Below are positions 1 through 15,300 of a stretch of 64,000 nucleotides of DNA, piece after piece. The number at the start of each line of letters is the position of its first letter. Position 1 is the first letter of the stretch. Origin of the DNA: Eledone cirrhosa (lineage: Eukaryota); the NCBI GenBank assembly GCA_964016885.1, contig CAXHJY010000416.1, forward strand, positions 63,312-127,311, read 5' to 3'. The notes below the pieces were generated by a model. It made no database searches. It was not told the DNA's origin and was given only the letters and a program-made list of their open reading frames with translations. The position numbers and the translations under genes were made by a program.

Positions 1-153
1 TCAGATAACACATATATGACTCATGTGGCCCTCAGATAACACATATATGACCCATTTGGCCCTCAGATAACACATATATGACCCATGTGGCCCTCAGATA
101 ACACATATATGACCCATGTGGCCCTCAGATAACACATATATGACCCATGTGGC
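1..153. repeat. Minisatellite, 31-bp unit (tcagataacacatatatgacccatgtggccc), about 5 copies
   Basis: Direct tandem copies; runs off the window start. Confidence 0.9.
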
Positions 154-239
154 CTGTTGTAGAGGCTTCCAGAATGACCATTTTTAGATAAATCAAATTA
201 GTCACTGATTAGATTAAAGATTAAAAGATCAATAATAAC

Positions 240-374
240 CTGTGATATTTCTTGTTTAAGTCGATTGATCTCAGTCATCTTTTCTTCCACTAGGTTGTGG
301 CTGGTTTGTAAATGGTTTTCCAGATCAACTCGTTCTGTAGTTCTAGATGTGTCACTAGCTATAAGAAGCTCACT
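240..374 (-). CDS. EEA1: EEA1 exon: [45 protein letters not shown]
   Basis: TTTAG acceptor, CAG|GTTATT donor; matches human TELLLSAEAAKTAQRADLQNHL. Confidence 0.9.
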
Positions 375-3300
375 CTAAATAAGAGGAAGGGAAAAAAGAA
401 ATATTAATGTAAATTAAAAATACATCTTCACCACCCCGCCCCCACCATCATCATCATCATCACAACATTACCATCATCATCATCACCACTACATTATTAT
501 CATCATCATCATCATCATTACCATATCATCATAATCACAATCATCATCACCACAATACTACCATCATCATTATCATAATCACCACAACATTACTATCATC
601 CTCATCACCACAACATTACCACCACCACCATCACCATCACCATCATCATTTAACGTCAATTTGCCCTGCAAACAAGAGATGGATGAGTAAACCCTGGCCA
701 AGTCAATACTTAGCTAGAGTCACTAATCTCTCAGATGGACCAGGGTTTGATCCCTTATCTGAGTATCACATTATGTTCTTAAGCAAGGCTCTTCATTTCA
801 CATTGTCCGCTGAAATAATTGCTACTGGCAGCAGCTATAGGTTAACCTTGTAACAAACTGGTATTCCATCTAAGAGAATGTCTTCTACTCTCAGTCACTT
901 AATACCTCAGGAAACTAAGTATAAGTTTCAGCCTGAGACATGATAGTCATGGCTGGAAGGCCTTTCATCATAATTTTGTTCAATTGGGGTGGAGCTGGAG
1001 TTAAATAATGGTTCTGATTTAGACACAAAGCCAACAATTTTGGTAGGAGGGGGGGGGGGAGTTGATTACATCGATCCCAGTGCATTACTGGTACTTTATT
1101 TTATCGATCTCGAAAGGACGAAAGGCAAAGTTAACTTACGTTGGAATTCAGAACATAAAAGGGCCATAACTATATGCAGCAAAGCAAGTTGTCTGATGCT
1201 CTACCAATTCTGCCAATCCACTGCTAGACTTAAATAATAACAACAACAACGATTGATTTTAATGAAAGTAAGAAATAACATCTCACCTTAGTTTGTAGTT
1301 CACCTTGGAGTTGTTGTGTTTGAAGCTGGAGATTGGTAACTTTGTCAGTTTTCTCTTCAATATTTGATTCCAACTTCTGAACAAAGTCGTTTTTACTATC
1401 AAGTTCACTTTTAACATCTTGTAATTCTGTATGCAACGATTCAATCTCTTGTGAAGATTCCGTACATTTTCTATCAAGTTCTTGTTCTAAGTTGGTCACC
1501 TTTTCAGTCAGATTATTCTAGAAAAACACACCGGAAACCAGGATTCATAATTTTAAAATTGTATCTTAATAATGACATAATAATAATGAAAATTATTGAG
1601 TATAGTACTGAGATACACTACAACTCAATCAAAAGTGCATGTATAGTACATAGAATAATGTATAAAAGTTGGTTACTTTTTCAGTCAGATTATTCTAGAA
1701 AAACACACAACAGAAACCAAAATTAATAATTTTGAAAAGTTTTGTATTCTTTTTACAAAATTCTATTGATTTGCTTCTTTTGTAAATAGTTTATTAAGTT
1801 TTCATGATTAAATTTTTAAAAATTAATTATTTATTAATAATTTATTAAGTTCTCATAATTAATTATTTATGAATAAAATATTAAGTCTTCATAATTGTTA
1901 GCTTGCTGCCTGACAAAGCTGTATGTATACCAAAAAAGTTGAAAATAAAATATAATGTTAAGAAAACATTATAATAAAGTACCTACATTTTCTTGCTTTA
2001 GTTGATTGATAGCAGTTTCTGCACCTTCTCCAGCTTCAATCTGTAATAACATAAATATGATATAGGAACATAAAATATATTAATACTATTATTACATAAA
2101 TACATGAATTGAGGGGGATTTAACAGAGATGGGAATGGTGTCAATGGTGGTGGTGGTGGTGATAATGATGACGATGCTGATGATTGTGGTGGTGGTGGTG
2201 ATGATGATGGTGATAATGAATATGATGGTGGTGGTGGTGGTGGTTGTGGTGAGGATGAGGATGATAATGGTGATAACAGTAGTAATAGTTCTGATCAAAC
2301 CTTGTTAATTAAATCAGTTCGTTCTTCCTCAAGTCGTTGAATATCTTTTCGTAGAGTTTCTGCTTGTTCTTCAATATCCTTTAATTTTTCTTCACTGTAC
2401 AAAACACAATGTATAAATGTTAAACATTTCAGCTAATGTCACTTATAAACTCTAACTACATATCACTAAACTTAATTCATATATATTATACTAAGCACCA
2501 TATACATATGTTATAATTGTTTCTACTTTTAGCACAAGGCCAGCAATTACCCAGTACATTACTGGTACTTTATTTTATCGACCCCGTAAGGATGAAAGGC
2601 AAAGTTAACCTCAACGTGATTTGAACTCAGAATGGCAAGGGCCGTAACTATGCATCAAAGCATGGCGTCCAACCCTCTACCGATACTGGCAATCCACCAC
2701 GTTATAGTAAACTCCAAACATATCATCATAGTCATTTCATGTCTGCTTTCTCTGGTAACTAGGGTTGGATGGGTCTACAGAGACCATGACAGTATTGAAG
2801 CTGGGCTACTGACCTCCCAGACAGGCTGAGGGGTCTGTATTCTACTTACATACGGTCATATCGAGTGCAGAGGAAAAGTTGTTGTGTCTTTTGACACAAA
2901 CTGAAGGGTCCTCCTAATCCCTTGTTTGGCAAGCTTTGTATGGCTGGCTAGCTCCCTAACTCCAACTCCTTTACAGCTTTATTTTGTAGATCATTAGCAC
3001 TAGAGATGCTGTCATGTCCTTGACACAACTAAAGAGTCCTCCTAACCTATATATCACAAAATTCCTTACATATATAATACTATACTCCATATATACAATA
3101 CAAAACTCCATATATATATAATACTAAACTCCATATATACAATACAAAACTCCATATATATATAATACTAAACTCCATATATATATATATATTACATATT
3201 ACTAAAATCCATATATATATATATAATACTAAACTCCATATATATATATAATACTAAACTCCATATATATATATAATACTAAACTCCATATATATATATA

Positions 3301-6300
3301 ATACTAAACTCCATATATATATATATATAATCAAACTACATACACAAATACTAATAAGCCCAATAATCAAATGCTACTGAATTCCATATACAAATGTCAC
3401 TGGATTCTCTATATGTGTGTGTGCTTGTGTGCATTACTAAACTCCATATTCAAATGTTACTGTTTGTATGTGTGTGTATATGTATTACTAAACTCCATAT
3501 TCAAATATTACCGAAGTTTGTGTGTGCATGTGAGTGTATGTCACTAAACTTCATATTTAATTGTTACTAAACTGTGTGTTTGTATGTACATGTATGCTAC
3601 TTATTTCTATATACAAATGTTACTGTACTGTGTATGTATTACTAATCTCTGTATACAAATGTTACTAAACTCCAATGGTTGTTACCATAGACATGTAATA
3701 TAGAAACACCTACCTTAAGGCAAACTTGCGCAAACTTTCTTGAAGTTGGGTTGATTTTTCCCGTAGCTCTCCCTTCAGTTCATCATTGAATTTATCCTAT
3801 TCAGTAAGAATAATCAAATTTCTATAATTGTTCTCAGTATTTAGACACAATCACATTAATGGGGTTATAATAGAGCCTCTGTGTGGCCAAGTGACTTGGT
3901 ACAGTAACAGTCAAAACTCCTCAAGCTCCCTATCAACTTAGCCTTTTTTCTGACTCCATTCCTAATGAAATAACACTCTGTTTCAATTAATTAACAAATT
4001 TGAAGGATTTACCAAAATTAATAATTTTTCTCATTACTAAAATAGTAATTGAACATATAATTCTTATTTAAAAATGTATTGGAAGATTTTGATTTAAACA
4101 GAAACTCTTTAAAATGGATGGTTTTATTTCATAGAACCAGAAATGGTTTTGGTAACAAAAGGCTTAAAAAAGAAAGGACACATTGGATAATGCAGGCATA
4201 GATGGAATGGTTACAACCAGAATACCTTTGATCATAGGTTAGCTTAATAAGGGCAAACCTGGGGTTAAACAGCAACAATCTTAATTTCGTTAAGGTAACT
4301 ATTGTAGTTGTTGTTATTGCTGTTATTGCCAATGTGGTCAACTATGCTTGAGACCATAAACCATCATGAAATCTAAGCAATAATTGGATGTTAAACAATG
4401 ATAATGATGATATGCTACATCTTAGACATAAACCATTTTTTATAGCATAAACTTATAAGAGACAAGTCAGTGAAGAGCCACTATTCAGTTGCTTGACCTT
4501 CGAGATGGAGCAGAAAATCTTTCTCAAATTACAATACAGCCCAAAAGAGGACACATTTGGTAATGTCATCTTAGATGCATTATATCAGAAAATAATACAA
4601 GATTGGCAAGGCTGGAATGGAATGGTTGATTAGAGCTGACCTGGGGTCTAAACAACAACCAGTAGGAGTGACTGAGTTGTCAAAGGAGACTTCATATGTC
4701 ACATGATCTCCTGAATGTAGTGACCTAATGTCCTTAAAAATGAAATTGAATCAAAATTAGACTAAATATTTTAAGTCTTAATCTTAGGATAGTAATAGGC
4801 AAAAGATAGGATTATATATTTCAAGTCTTAAATCTTAAGATAGTAATAAGCAGAAGAGAGGACAACATATTTTAAGACTTAAATCTTAGAATAGTAATAG
4901 GTAAAAGAGAGGACTACATATTTTAAGTCCTAAATCTAGGATAGTAATAGGTAAAAGAAAGGACTACATATTTTAAGTCCTAAATCTAGGATAGTAATAG
5001 GTAAAAGAAAGGACTATATATTTTAAGTCCTAAATCTAGGATAGTAATAGGTAAAAGAGCCTCATTGAATTGTCAGTAGAATGATGATATTCAACCTGGA
5101 CAGACATGAAAGACATCTTAAACATTCATTGTTGTTTATCCCATGACAGCCTTGATCAGATAAACCTATAATTAAAGACATTCCGCTATGACTATCTCAG
5201 ACACAGTGCATTAAGGACTAGATTATCCAATGTCTTTCCTTTCTTAAGACCACAGGGCATAATTTGAGGGAGATTTGGCTACTATTCCAAACTAGAGGTT
5301 CTTTCTTGGCTTGAGATAAAACATTTATTGTAGATGCAAATAGTGGTGAAATAAGTAGACTAGATTGCATAGAGTAGAGAGAAGATTGAGCTACAATAAC
5401 TTGAGTCTAGAGAGAGAATGTACATATGTAACATGTCTGTGTGTGGAGCATGTAGTTAGAAGTAAAGTGTACAGAGAATGTGACAGCTTTTGCTACAGGC
5501 ATACTTCTAACATGGCTGTTTGGTTTAGGGATTAACAGATAAGCAGATTTAGCTTAACTATAGTGGTAAGAAGATTTCAGGAGAGCTAGACAGTAGAAGG
5601 TCTTCAAAGAAGAAACCCCACTCAAGAAAGTGTTTCAGTCCTTAACTCCGGCCCTTATATAGGATAAAAAATGTTTCCTCTCATGTAATTCCAGTTTACT
5701 ATTTCAATGCTTAAATATTCACAAAACATAAATAAATAAATAACAAAATGGAACCATTATTTATTTTACTTACTTTTGCTGTAAATTGCTGATTCACCAT
5801 TTCCAGTTCTCGTTCTAAATCTTTTACTTGGCCTTGGCTGATTTCTATGGTACCTTGAAGCTAGAAAACAAAACAAACAACAATGACATAACATTATAGA
5901 AACTACATTAAAAAATAAAACATTATATAAACTACATTATATAACTAAATTACTAACTAAAACATTATATAACATCTAACACTACATTATATAAACTATA
6001 TTAACAACTAAACATTAAATAAATTACATTATATAACTACATTATATAAACTACATGATATACCTACATTACTCACTAAAACATTATATAAACTACATTA
6101 TATAACATCTATATTATATAAACTATATTAACAACTAAACATTAAATAAATTACATTACATAACTACATTATATAACTAAAATTACATTATATAAATTAA
6201 ATTAAAAACTACAACATTATATACACTAAATTATATAACAACTAAATAACTAAAACATTACAACTAAACATTATATAATTAAAACCACATTACATAAACT

Positions 6301-9300
6301 ATATTATATAAAATCACATTATATAACAAATAAAACTATTATATAAGCTACATTACTACCAAAACGTTATATAACTACATTATATAAACTATATTATGTA
6401 ACAACTATATACAACTAAAACCGCATTACATAAACTATATTATATAAACTACATTATATAAACTACATTATATAAACTACATTATATAACACTACATTAT
6501 ATAAACTACATCAACAACTAAAACAAACTATATTATATAAAGTACCTTATATAAATTACACTATTATATAACAACTAAATCATAAACTATATTATATAAC
6601 AAGTAAAACATTATATAATAACTAAACATTATATACACTACATTCAAATCCCGCCGAGGTTCACGTTGCCTTTCATCCTTACAGGGTCGATAAAATAAAG
6701 TACCAGTAATGTACTGGGTAATTACTGGCCTTGTGCCAAAAAAGTAGAAACAATTATATATACTACGTTAACAACTCAAATAATTTCTACATTTTAGACA
6801 AGCTGTCTTCTCTTTTTAACAGTTACAAGCCATGTTTCCTTTGTAGTTTTTGAACATTTTAAATATAATAGGAGGTGATGAATATGGAGGCATTAGAAGG
6901 TGAAATAGAATGCTTTGCAGTTTCATTCTGGCTCTTTGCATTCTTGAGTTCAAATCTCAACTTGTCTTTCATCTTTTGAGGTCAATAAAAAAAAATACCA
7001 GCCCAGTACTGAGGTTGATTCTTCCTCTATATTCTTTCCTCACTTCTCCCACAATCTCTCCTTCTCTGAAAGAAATTGGCTTTGTTCAGACCTGGAGAGG
7101 GATGGTCCCCACCAGGTTTTTAACATGCCAAGACATGCTGCATGTCACTACAGTGCCGCTACAACTACATCAGGAGTTAAAATCTACACATACTTATATA
7201 AATGTTCCTTACAACAACAATAAGCATTTTAAGGCCATTTTCTATACTGAAGCAGGGGGTTAGTCTTGTAAGTAAGCCCCATATCAGTCTTCCTTGTGTT
7301 AACCCTTTTAGTCACTTCTTATGACTTGCAGAGATATGGCATACCTATTTTAAACCTGGTGTACACAGCTTTCCCATGCCTTACAAAACATATAAAAATA
7401 CAACAGAACAAGAGGTTTCATACCTTGTCAGCTTGTAGTTTCATCTCATTCATGGACTGTTCTTTTTTATGCAGCTGATTCTGCATGTCAGTGCGCATTT
7501 CTGCCAGTTGAGTTTGAAGTGTAGAAATTTCTGAATTCCTTTCAGCAACAGTTTTATCCAACTGAAAGAAAGAGACATGAGTAAGTTATGTGTTGACTGG
7601 AGCCACTATTGCTCGAGGCTGGTCGGTAAGAACTTGTGGGGATTTAGTACACTTGTGATTATCAAAATTTAAAAATATATAATTACGGTTTCTTGAATGC
7701 AGTCTTATTATATTACAAGTAACTTAATGCAGCCTTTCAACATGAAAAGGTTCCCATAAAATTTGTAAAGTGGTCGTGTAGGTGTCCCAACAAAAAGCAC
7801 CCAGCCCACACTGTAAAGTGGTCATGTAGGTGTCATGACAAAAAGCACCCAATCCACACAGTAAAGTGGTCATGAAGGTGTCATGACGAAAAGCACCCAG
7901 TCCACACTGTAAAGTGGTTGTGTAGGTGTCACAACAAAAAGCACCCAGTCCATACAGTAGTGGTCATGTAGGTGTCACAACAAAAAGCACCCATCACTCA
8001 CTATAAATGTGCTTGGCGTTAGGAAGTGCATACAGCTGTAGAAATCAAGCCAGAAACAGTTCTGCAAGGCATGCTCAACTGACCCAACTTTCCTCAAACA
8101 GGACAACCCCTCTAACCCATGCTAATGTAGAAAAATGGACATTAAATGATGATAATGATAACATAAATGAGGTACCTTTATAATCCGTTCATTAGTTTCT
8201 TTCAATTTATTCTCCTTTTCCTCTAGTAATTGTTCTAAAGATGATGTCTTCCCTTTTTTCCCATCAAGGTGACAATGGAGTTCATTAATTTTATTAGAAT
8301 GTTCCACTGACAGGTTTTGGTATTTCTTACAATCTTCTTTTAACTGAAACAACAAAATAACACAACTGAATATGACATTGTTTTCTTCATGTTAGTGACA
8401 TACTAACAACAATTGTTTTAAGGACAATTTCCCCTGCTAAAGCAGATAGTTAGCCTTGCAGGCCCCTATCAGAAGCTTCATATTCATAGGGTCCTTTTTG
8501 AGGTAATGTTTTATATTCGGATGCCTTTCCTGCAGTCAACCTTTTTAGTTGCCTCAGACAACACAGGTATAGGGTATACCTATTCTAAACCAGATATATA
8601 CAGTAGGTTAGTGACACATTAAATGAAGTAATAATTGTTTCTACTTTAGGCACAAGGCCGGCAATTACTCAGTGCATTACTGGTACTTTATTTTATCGAC
8701 CCCGTAAGGATGAAAAGCAAAGTCAACCTCGGCGGGATTTGAACTCAGATCGTAAAGGGACGTAACTATGCTGGAAAGCATGGTGTCTGACCCTCTACTG
8801 ATACTGCCAATCCGTAATAATGATCTCTGATTTAGTCACAAGGGCAACATATATTTGGAGGTGGGGGGGTCGTTTAAATCGACCCCAGTGCATTATTGGT
8901 ACTTTATTTTATTGACTCCGTAAGGATGAAAGTTAAGCTAACCTCAGCGTGATTGAAGTAATAATAGAATTTGTTGTAATATCTTTATTTAAGGAAAGAA
9001 AGATCAAGTTTATATCTGTGACCAGATGCTTTTTGAAGATTTCAATGTGTATATAAATTGTTGGAACAAGTGTCTATATACATCTAGATGTATTTCTGGC
9101 AGTTAACCCCTTTGTTTCATATTTCTCCGACCTCACACACTTACACCTCTCCAAGACAATGTCACTGGACCGAGACCTTTGGCGGTACTCAGTAATAGAG
9201 AAGACCCGCCTTACCTAAATACAAAGTAAAACCTACTACAGTCAGTAGGCATCTCTAACAAAATACACCCCCGTCCCACCACCCCCACCCCATCCCATCC

Positions 9301-12300
9301 ACACCGCCCCTTTCAATGTAAAGTTATGTTGGTGCCACAACATCCAGGCCGAAACAAATGAGATCGTGTAGGTGTCACGACAAAAAAACACACAGTTCAC
9401 GCTGTAATGTGGCCGTGTAGGCAACACGGTAAAAACCTCCCAGTCCCACACTGTAAATGTGGTTGGTGTTAGGAAGGGCATCCAGCTGTAGAAAACCCGC
9501 CAGACAGTCCACGCTGTAATGTGGCCGTGTAGGCAACACGGTAAAAACCTCCCAGCCCCACCCTGTAAATGTGGTTGGTGTTAGGAAGGGCATCCAGCTG
9601 TAGAAAACCCGCCAGATAGTCCTATGCGAGCAAGATAATCACTCTTGCCTCAAGTGGGAAAACCCCCGTCCAAACCCATGCAAGCGTGGAACACGGACGT
9701 TAAACGATGATGATGATGATGATGATGTAAATATATTTCAAATAGTTTCGAAAAATATATATATTTTTTTTAATTGAAGATATTCAATAAAATAAAAAAA
9801 ACGTTTTCATTAGTAAGCTGCTATTTAACAAAACTTTCTTTTAAAATAAGCAGTCTTGTATCTGGGGGAATATCATAGTGGTCCATAGGTGTGCAAGAAA
9901 TAGCAGCTAAATAGGAGGAACCTCATGGTGGTCTATAGGTGTGCTAGAAATAGAAGCTAAACAGGGGGGAACTACATCGGCTAAACAGGGGAAACATTAT
10001 ATTGGTCCGTAGGTGTGCTAAAAACAGCAGCTAAATAAAGGGAACAACCCATAGGTGTGCTAGAAATTGCAGCTAAATAGGGGAAAGCTCAAGGAGGTCC
10101 ATAGGTGTGCTAGAAATAGTAGCTAAGTAGGGGAAACCTCATGGCAGTCAATAGGTGTGCTATATATAGCAGCTAAATAGGAGGAACCTCATGGTGGTGT
10201 ATAGGTGTCCTAGATATAGCAGCTAAATAGGAGAAACCTCATAGTGGTCCATAAGTGTGCTAGAAATAGCTACATTAGCTAAAAAGGGAGAACCCCATGA
10301 TGGTCCATAGGTGTGCTAGAAATAACAGCCAAATAGGGGGAACCACATAATGGCGCATAGGTGTGCTAGAAAAAGCAGCTAAATATGAGGAACTTCATGG
10401 TAGTCCATAAATGTGGTAGAAATAGCATCTAAACAAGGTATCTTATGGTGGTCCATAGATGTGCTAGAAATAGCAGCTAAATAGGGGGAACCTTATGGTG
10501 GTCCATACGTGTGCTAGAAAGAGCAGCTAAATAGGGGGAAAGCTCAAGGAGGTCCATAGGTGTGCTAGAAATAGTACCTAAATAAGAGAAACCTCATGGT
10601 GGTCAATAAGTGCATTAGAAATAGCAGTTAAATTGGGAGAACCTCATTGTGGTTCAAACGCATGCGAGAAATAGCAACTACATTAGTTAAAAAAGGAGAA
10701 CCTCATAGTGGTCCATATGTGTACTAGAAATAGTAGCCAAATAGGAGGAACCTCATGGTGGTCCATAAGTGTGGGAGAATAGCAGCTAAACAGAGAAAAC
10801 CACATGGTGGTCCATAAGTGTACTAGAAATAGCAACTACATCAGCTAAACAGGGGGAACCTATGGTGGTCCATAAATGTGCTAGAAATAGTATCTAAATT
10901 GGGGGAACCTCATGGTGGTCCATAGGTGTGCTAGAAAAAGCAACTAAATAGGTGAAACCTCATGGAGGTTCATAGGCGAGCTGAAAATAGCAGCTAAATA
11001 AAGGGGAACCTCATGATAGTCCATAGGTGTGCTAGAAATAGCAGCAAAATAGGAGAAACCTCATGCTGGTCCATATTTTAAGACTTAAATCTTAGGATAG
11101 TAATAAGTAAAAGAAAGGACTACATATTTTAAGTCCTAAATCTAGGATAGTAATAGGTAAAAGAGCCTCATTAAATTGTCAGTAGAATGATGATATTCAA
11201 CCTGGACAGACATGAAAGACATCTTAAACATTCATTGTTGTTTATCTCATGACAGCCTTGATCAGATAAACCTATAATTAAAGACATTCCAGCTATGACT
11301 ATCTCAGACACAGTGCATTAAGGACTAGATTATCCAATGTCTTTCCTTTCTTAAGACCACAGGGCATAATTTGAGGGAGATTTGGCTACTATTCCAAACT
11401 AGAGATTCTTTCTTGGCTTGAGATAAAACATTTATTGTAGATGCAAATAGTGGTGAAATAAGTAGACTAGATTGCATCGAGTAGAGAGAAGATTGAGCTA
11501 CAATAACTTGAGTCTAGAGAGAGAATGTACATATGTAACATGTATGTAGGTACATAGAAATAGCCGCTAAACAAGGTATCTGATGGTGTTAGGAATAGCA
11601 GCTAAATAGGGAAAACCTCATGATGGTCCAAAGGTGTGCTAGAAATAGCAGCTACATTAACTAAAAAGGGATAACCTGATTGTGGTCCATAGGTGTGCTA
11701 GAAATAGCAGCTAAATAGGGGAAACCTCATGGTGATCCATAGGTGTGCTAGGAATAGCAGCTAAATATGGGGAATATCATGGTGTAAAACCTGGGCTGGT
11801 TTCAGGCATACTGCTATCAATAGGGTAAAACCTTTCAATTTACGATCTTTGAATACAAAAACAGGGAATGCAACAACCACTCAACCATAAACTAGGAAGT
11901 CACTTAAATGTTTTCATTTTTTTCTTAGTATTGAACAATGAAGTCTAGTAAGGGTTATTATTTATAAATAAAACAGACTTCTTTACAGTTTCTATCCACC
12001 AAGTTCCATCCTCAAAGTATTGGTCAACTTAAGGTTATAATAGAAGACATTTCCCTAAGTTGCTGCATAAAGAAATCAAATCCAGGATCACCTATTTGTG
12101 AAAAAGCTTAACCACATCACCATATTTGTGTCTTTACAAGGGAAATTCTAATATTAAGTAACAACATAACTGAGAGGAATGAGACAGATGTAAAACAGGG
12201 TTGTGAAGCACTCTTTCAGCCAAGAACTCTTGTAGAAATCAATTGTTTTATTCCTTACTTGTAGACCCATACCTTCAATAATGACAGCGACAGAGCTGAA

Positions 12301-15300
12301 TGTATTTAATTTTTGAAGTCCAGGATTGGCATGCCAATATATACCAGGATTAACAGATATATGAACAATCATACAAACTGGGTAATTTGTGCTTTGATAA
12401 ATTAATGATTTGCATAAGAGAAACCCTACAGTTTATGTTGGTTACTGACATGTGGAAGTGATTAGTGATAAGAATGATATTTTAATAATTCATTTCAAGG
12501 ATATAATTACATAAATGTTCAGCATGTATGTACAAATGGCATACAGGATTAAATGTTTGGGTAACTTTGGAGAAATAACTATTTACAGTGGCAAATGTAG
12601 AGTAGCTTGTGATTGGATAGTGAACTTCTTATTGTAGCAACATGACTGAGGTAGGAAATGCATTGTGTTTATGTGTGTAAAATGTCAAATCTTACAGATG
12701 GAGATATATATATATATGTTCATAGGCTGATTATGAAGGAGTGATGCTAGAGCTGTGAAATCTTGCATGCATTAATTACAACTCTTATTAATAATAACTG
12801 CATTGTTTCTTTCCAGGGACTATGTTGAAAACTAAACCTCATTTGGTCATTCTATGAGAGTATCTTGGTCAGTTAATTAAGTTTTCAGCTGACTCATGTA
12901 TTATTGTGGTTGATTATAAACTAAAAATTAACATTTTTAAAGATTTTAATGATTTTTGTCAAATGTAAAAATATATTACATGAAGAAAGTAGTTATAACA
13001 ACAGAAAAATAAACTTACCTGTTCATTTTCTAAATTTAGTTTTGTACATTCATCATCCTTTTCTTCAAGTTTTTGTTGAAGTTCTCCTAACTGATTTTGA
13101 TTAGATAATAATTCTGATTGTAGCTGAGACAGATTTTTGGTGTGGTCCTCATGTTTCTGTCGGTAGAATTTCAATTCTTCTTCTAACTTTAAGAAAAGAA
13201 ATATACACAGATATGTGCATGTTAATTCAAGTATTAACCCTTTAGCATTTAAACTGACTGTATCCAGCTGCTCATACTTATGTTAAGGTATTGTTCTCAA
13301 AATATATAATATCAAAATCTCGTAGATTCAATATTATGTGGGATAATTATGTGAAATAAAGTGTTTACCGTGAAAATACAATAGTAAATATAGAGTAATG
13401 TAAATGCTATTGATTTAAGACAAAAACCTGTTTGAAGTGTGTGTCAGGTTTTCTATTGTTTTCTATTGCCTTTCCTCCCACCAATCATTTGAAAAGTGTA
13501 ATGTATGTAAATTATGGGTGTATCTATCATGTAGATCACCAATACGAGGGAAGTTGCCATGTCTTTGACATTATGGGTGTATTTATCATGTAGATCACCA
13601 ATACTAGGGAAGTTGCCATGTCTTTGACATTATGGGTGTATTTATCATGTAGATCACCAATACTAGGGAAGTTGCCATGTCTCTGACACATTATGGGTGT
13701 ATCTATCATGTAGACCACCAATACTAGGGAAGTTGCGATGTCCTTAACACAAGTGGAGAGTCTTACCAAACTTTTGTTTGGCAAGCTTTGTATGGCTGGA
13801 CACCTTTCTTATCCCCAACCACTTTACGGCATGTACTGGTGTTTATCGTGCAGATCACCAACTATAGGCACAACTGAATAATCCTTCTGACCTTTTTTTT
13901 TTTTGGCATGTTTTCTACAACTGGCAACCCCCTAAAACTAACAACACTACAGAGTGCACTAGCACTGGGAGGTGCTTTATCATGGTACTAGCATTAGGGA
14001 GGTTGCATGTCTTTGACTCAACTGAAGAGCCCTCCTTACCCTATCAAGAGAAGTAGCAGTAAAAAGCTAACCAAGTTATTGCAAATCATCATCATCACCA
14101 TCATCGTCGTTTAACGTCTATCTTCCACGCTAGCATGGGATTAGACGGGAATTGTCCCACGTGAGGCCTGTCTGGCATGTTTTCTATGGCTGGATGCCCT
14201 TCCTAACACCAACCACGTTTACAGTGTGGACTGGGAGGTTTTTACCGTGTTACCTACACGGCCACATTACAGTGTGGACTGTGTGTTTTTTTGTCGTGAC
14301 ACCTACACGACCTCATTTATTTAGGACTGGATGTTGTGGTACCAACATAACTTTAGGTGTAGATGGGGGTGGGGGTATGGGTAGTGGGTGGGGGTGTATT
14401 TTTGGTTAGGAGGTGCCTACTGACTGTAGGTTTCGCTTTGTACTTAGGCAAGGCGGGTCTTCTGTATTACTGCGTAGCGCCAAAGATCTCGGTCCAGTGA
14501 CATTGTCTTGGAGAGGTGTGTAAGGTCGGAATTTATCAAATCGTCCCAGGTTTTTCTGGGTCTAATATAATATGTCTAATATTATCGTAATTATTTCAGC
14601 AAGTATGGGAGACAACCCTGGACATGTTTCAATCTTATTATTACCTCATCAGTGAAGCATAGCTTTTAGAATACTTGTCAAAGCAATGATGGAAGAATCC
14701 CTAAGTAAATGTAAAAGATTGTACATTGGTTGGCACTAGTCAATGATTAATATTGTTTCATTACACTAATAATATCCAATTGGTCCAACCCTTGTTAGCA
14801 GGGAAAACACAATGTTGATGAACACAAGGTCCTCAATGTTACTATTCTTAATTGCATTTCCCCATTATATTTGTTTGTTTGCACATGCTCTCACACATAC
14901 TATTTCATATATTATAGGTAATAAATTATTACTTCGATTGAAGCCACAGAGAGAGAGAGAGAAAGTCATTTTAGGTTTAACTTACTTTCGTCTTCTCATT
15001 CTTGATTTCTAAAATTGAAGTATTTTTCTTCTCTATCTGTAGTTCTAGGTCATGAACCAAATTCTGTTTTGAATTCAATTCAGAATGAAGTCTGAAAGTG
15101 TAAGAAATTAAAACAATTATATTACAACTTATACTAAACTATATCATCATCACCAACATTGTTGTTTTTACATCTGTTCTTCCATGCTTGCAAATGTTCC
15201 TTTGTCATCTCCTCTTTGAGTTTCAGCAATTTCAGATCAGCTCTCATTCACTTCTGTGCAGGTCTTCCTTGGTCTACCACAACTGTGGCTTCCCTCCACT

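Noticed and set aside
9865-11790. Repeat containing GCTAGAAATAGC, identical to part of the engineered SpCas9 sgRNA scaffold; CRISPR-like periodicity
   Set aside because: Whole 50-bp units are repeated with no unique spacers and no cas genes in a eukaryotic intron; the 12-nt match is a coincidental GAAA-tetraloop hairpin.
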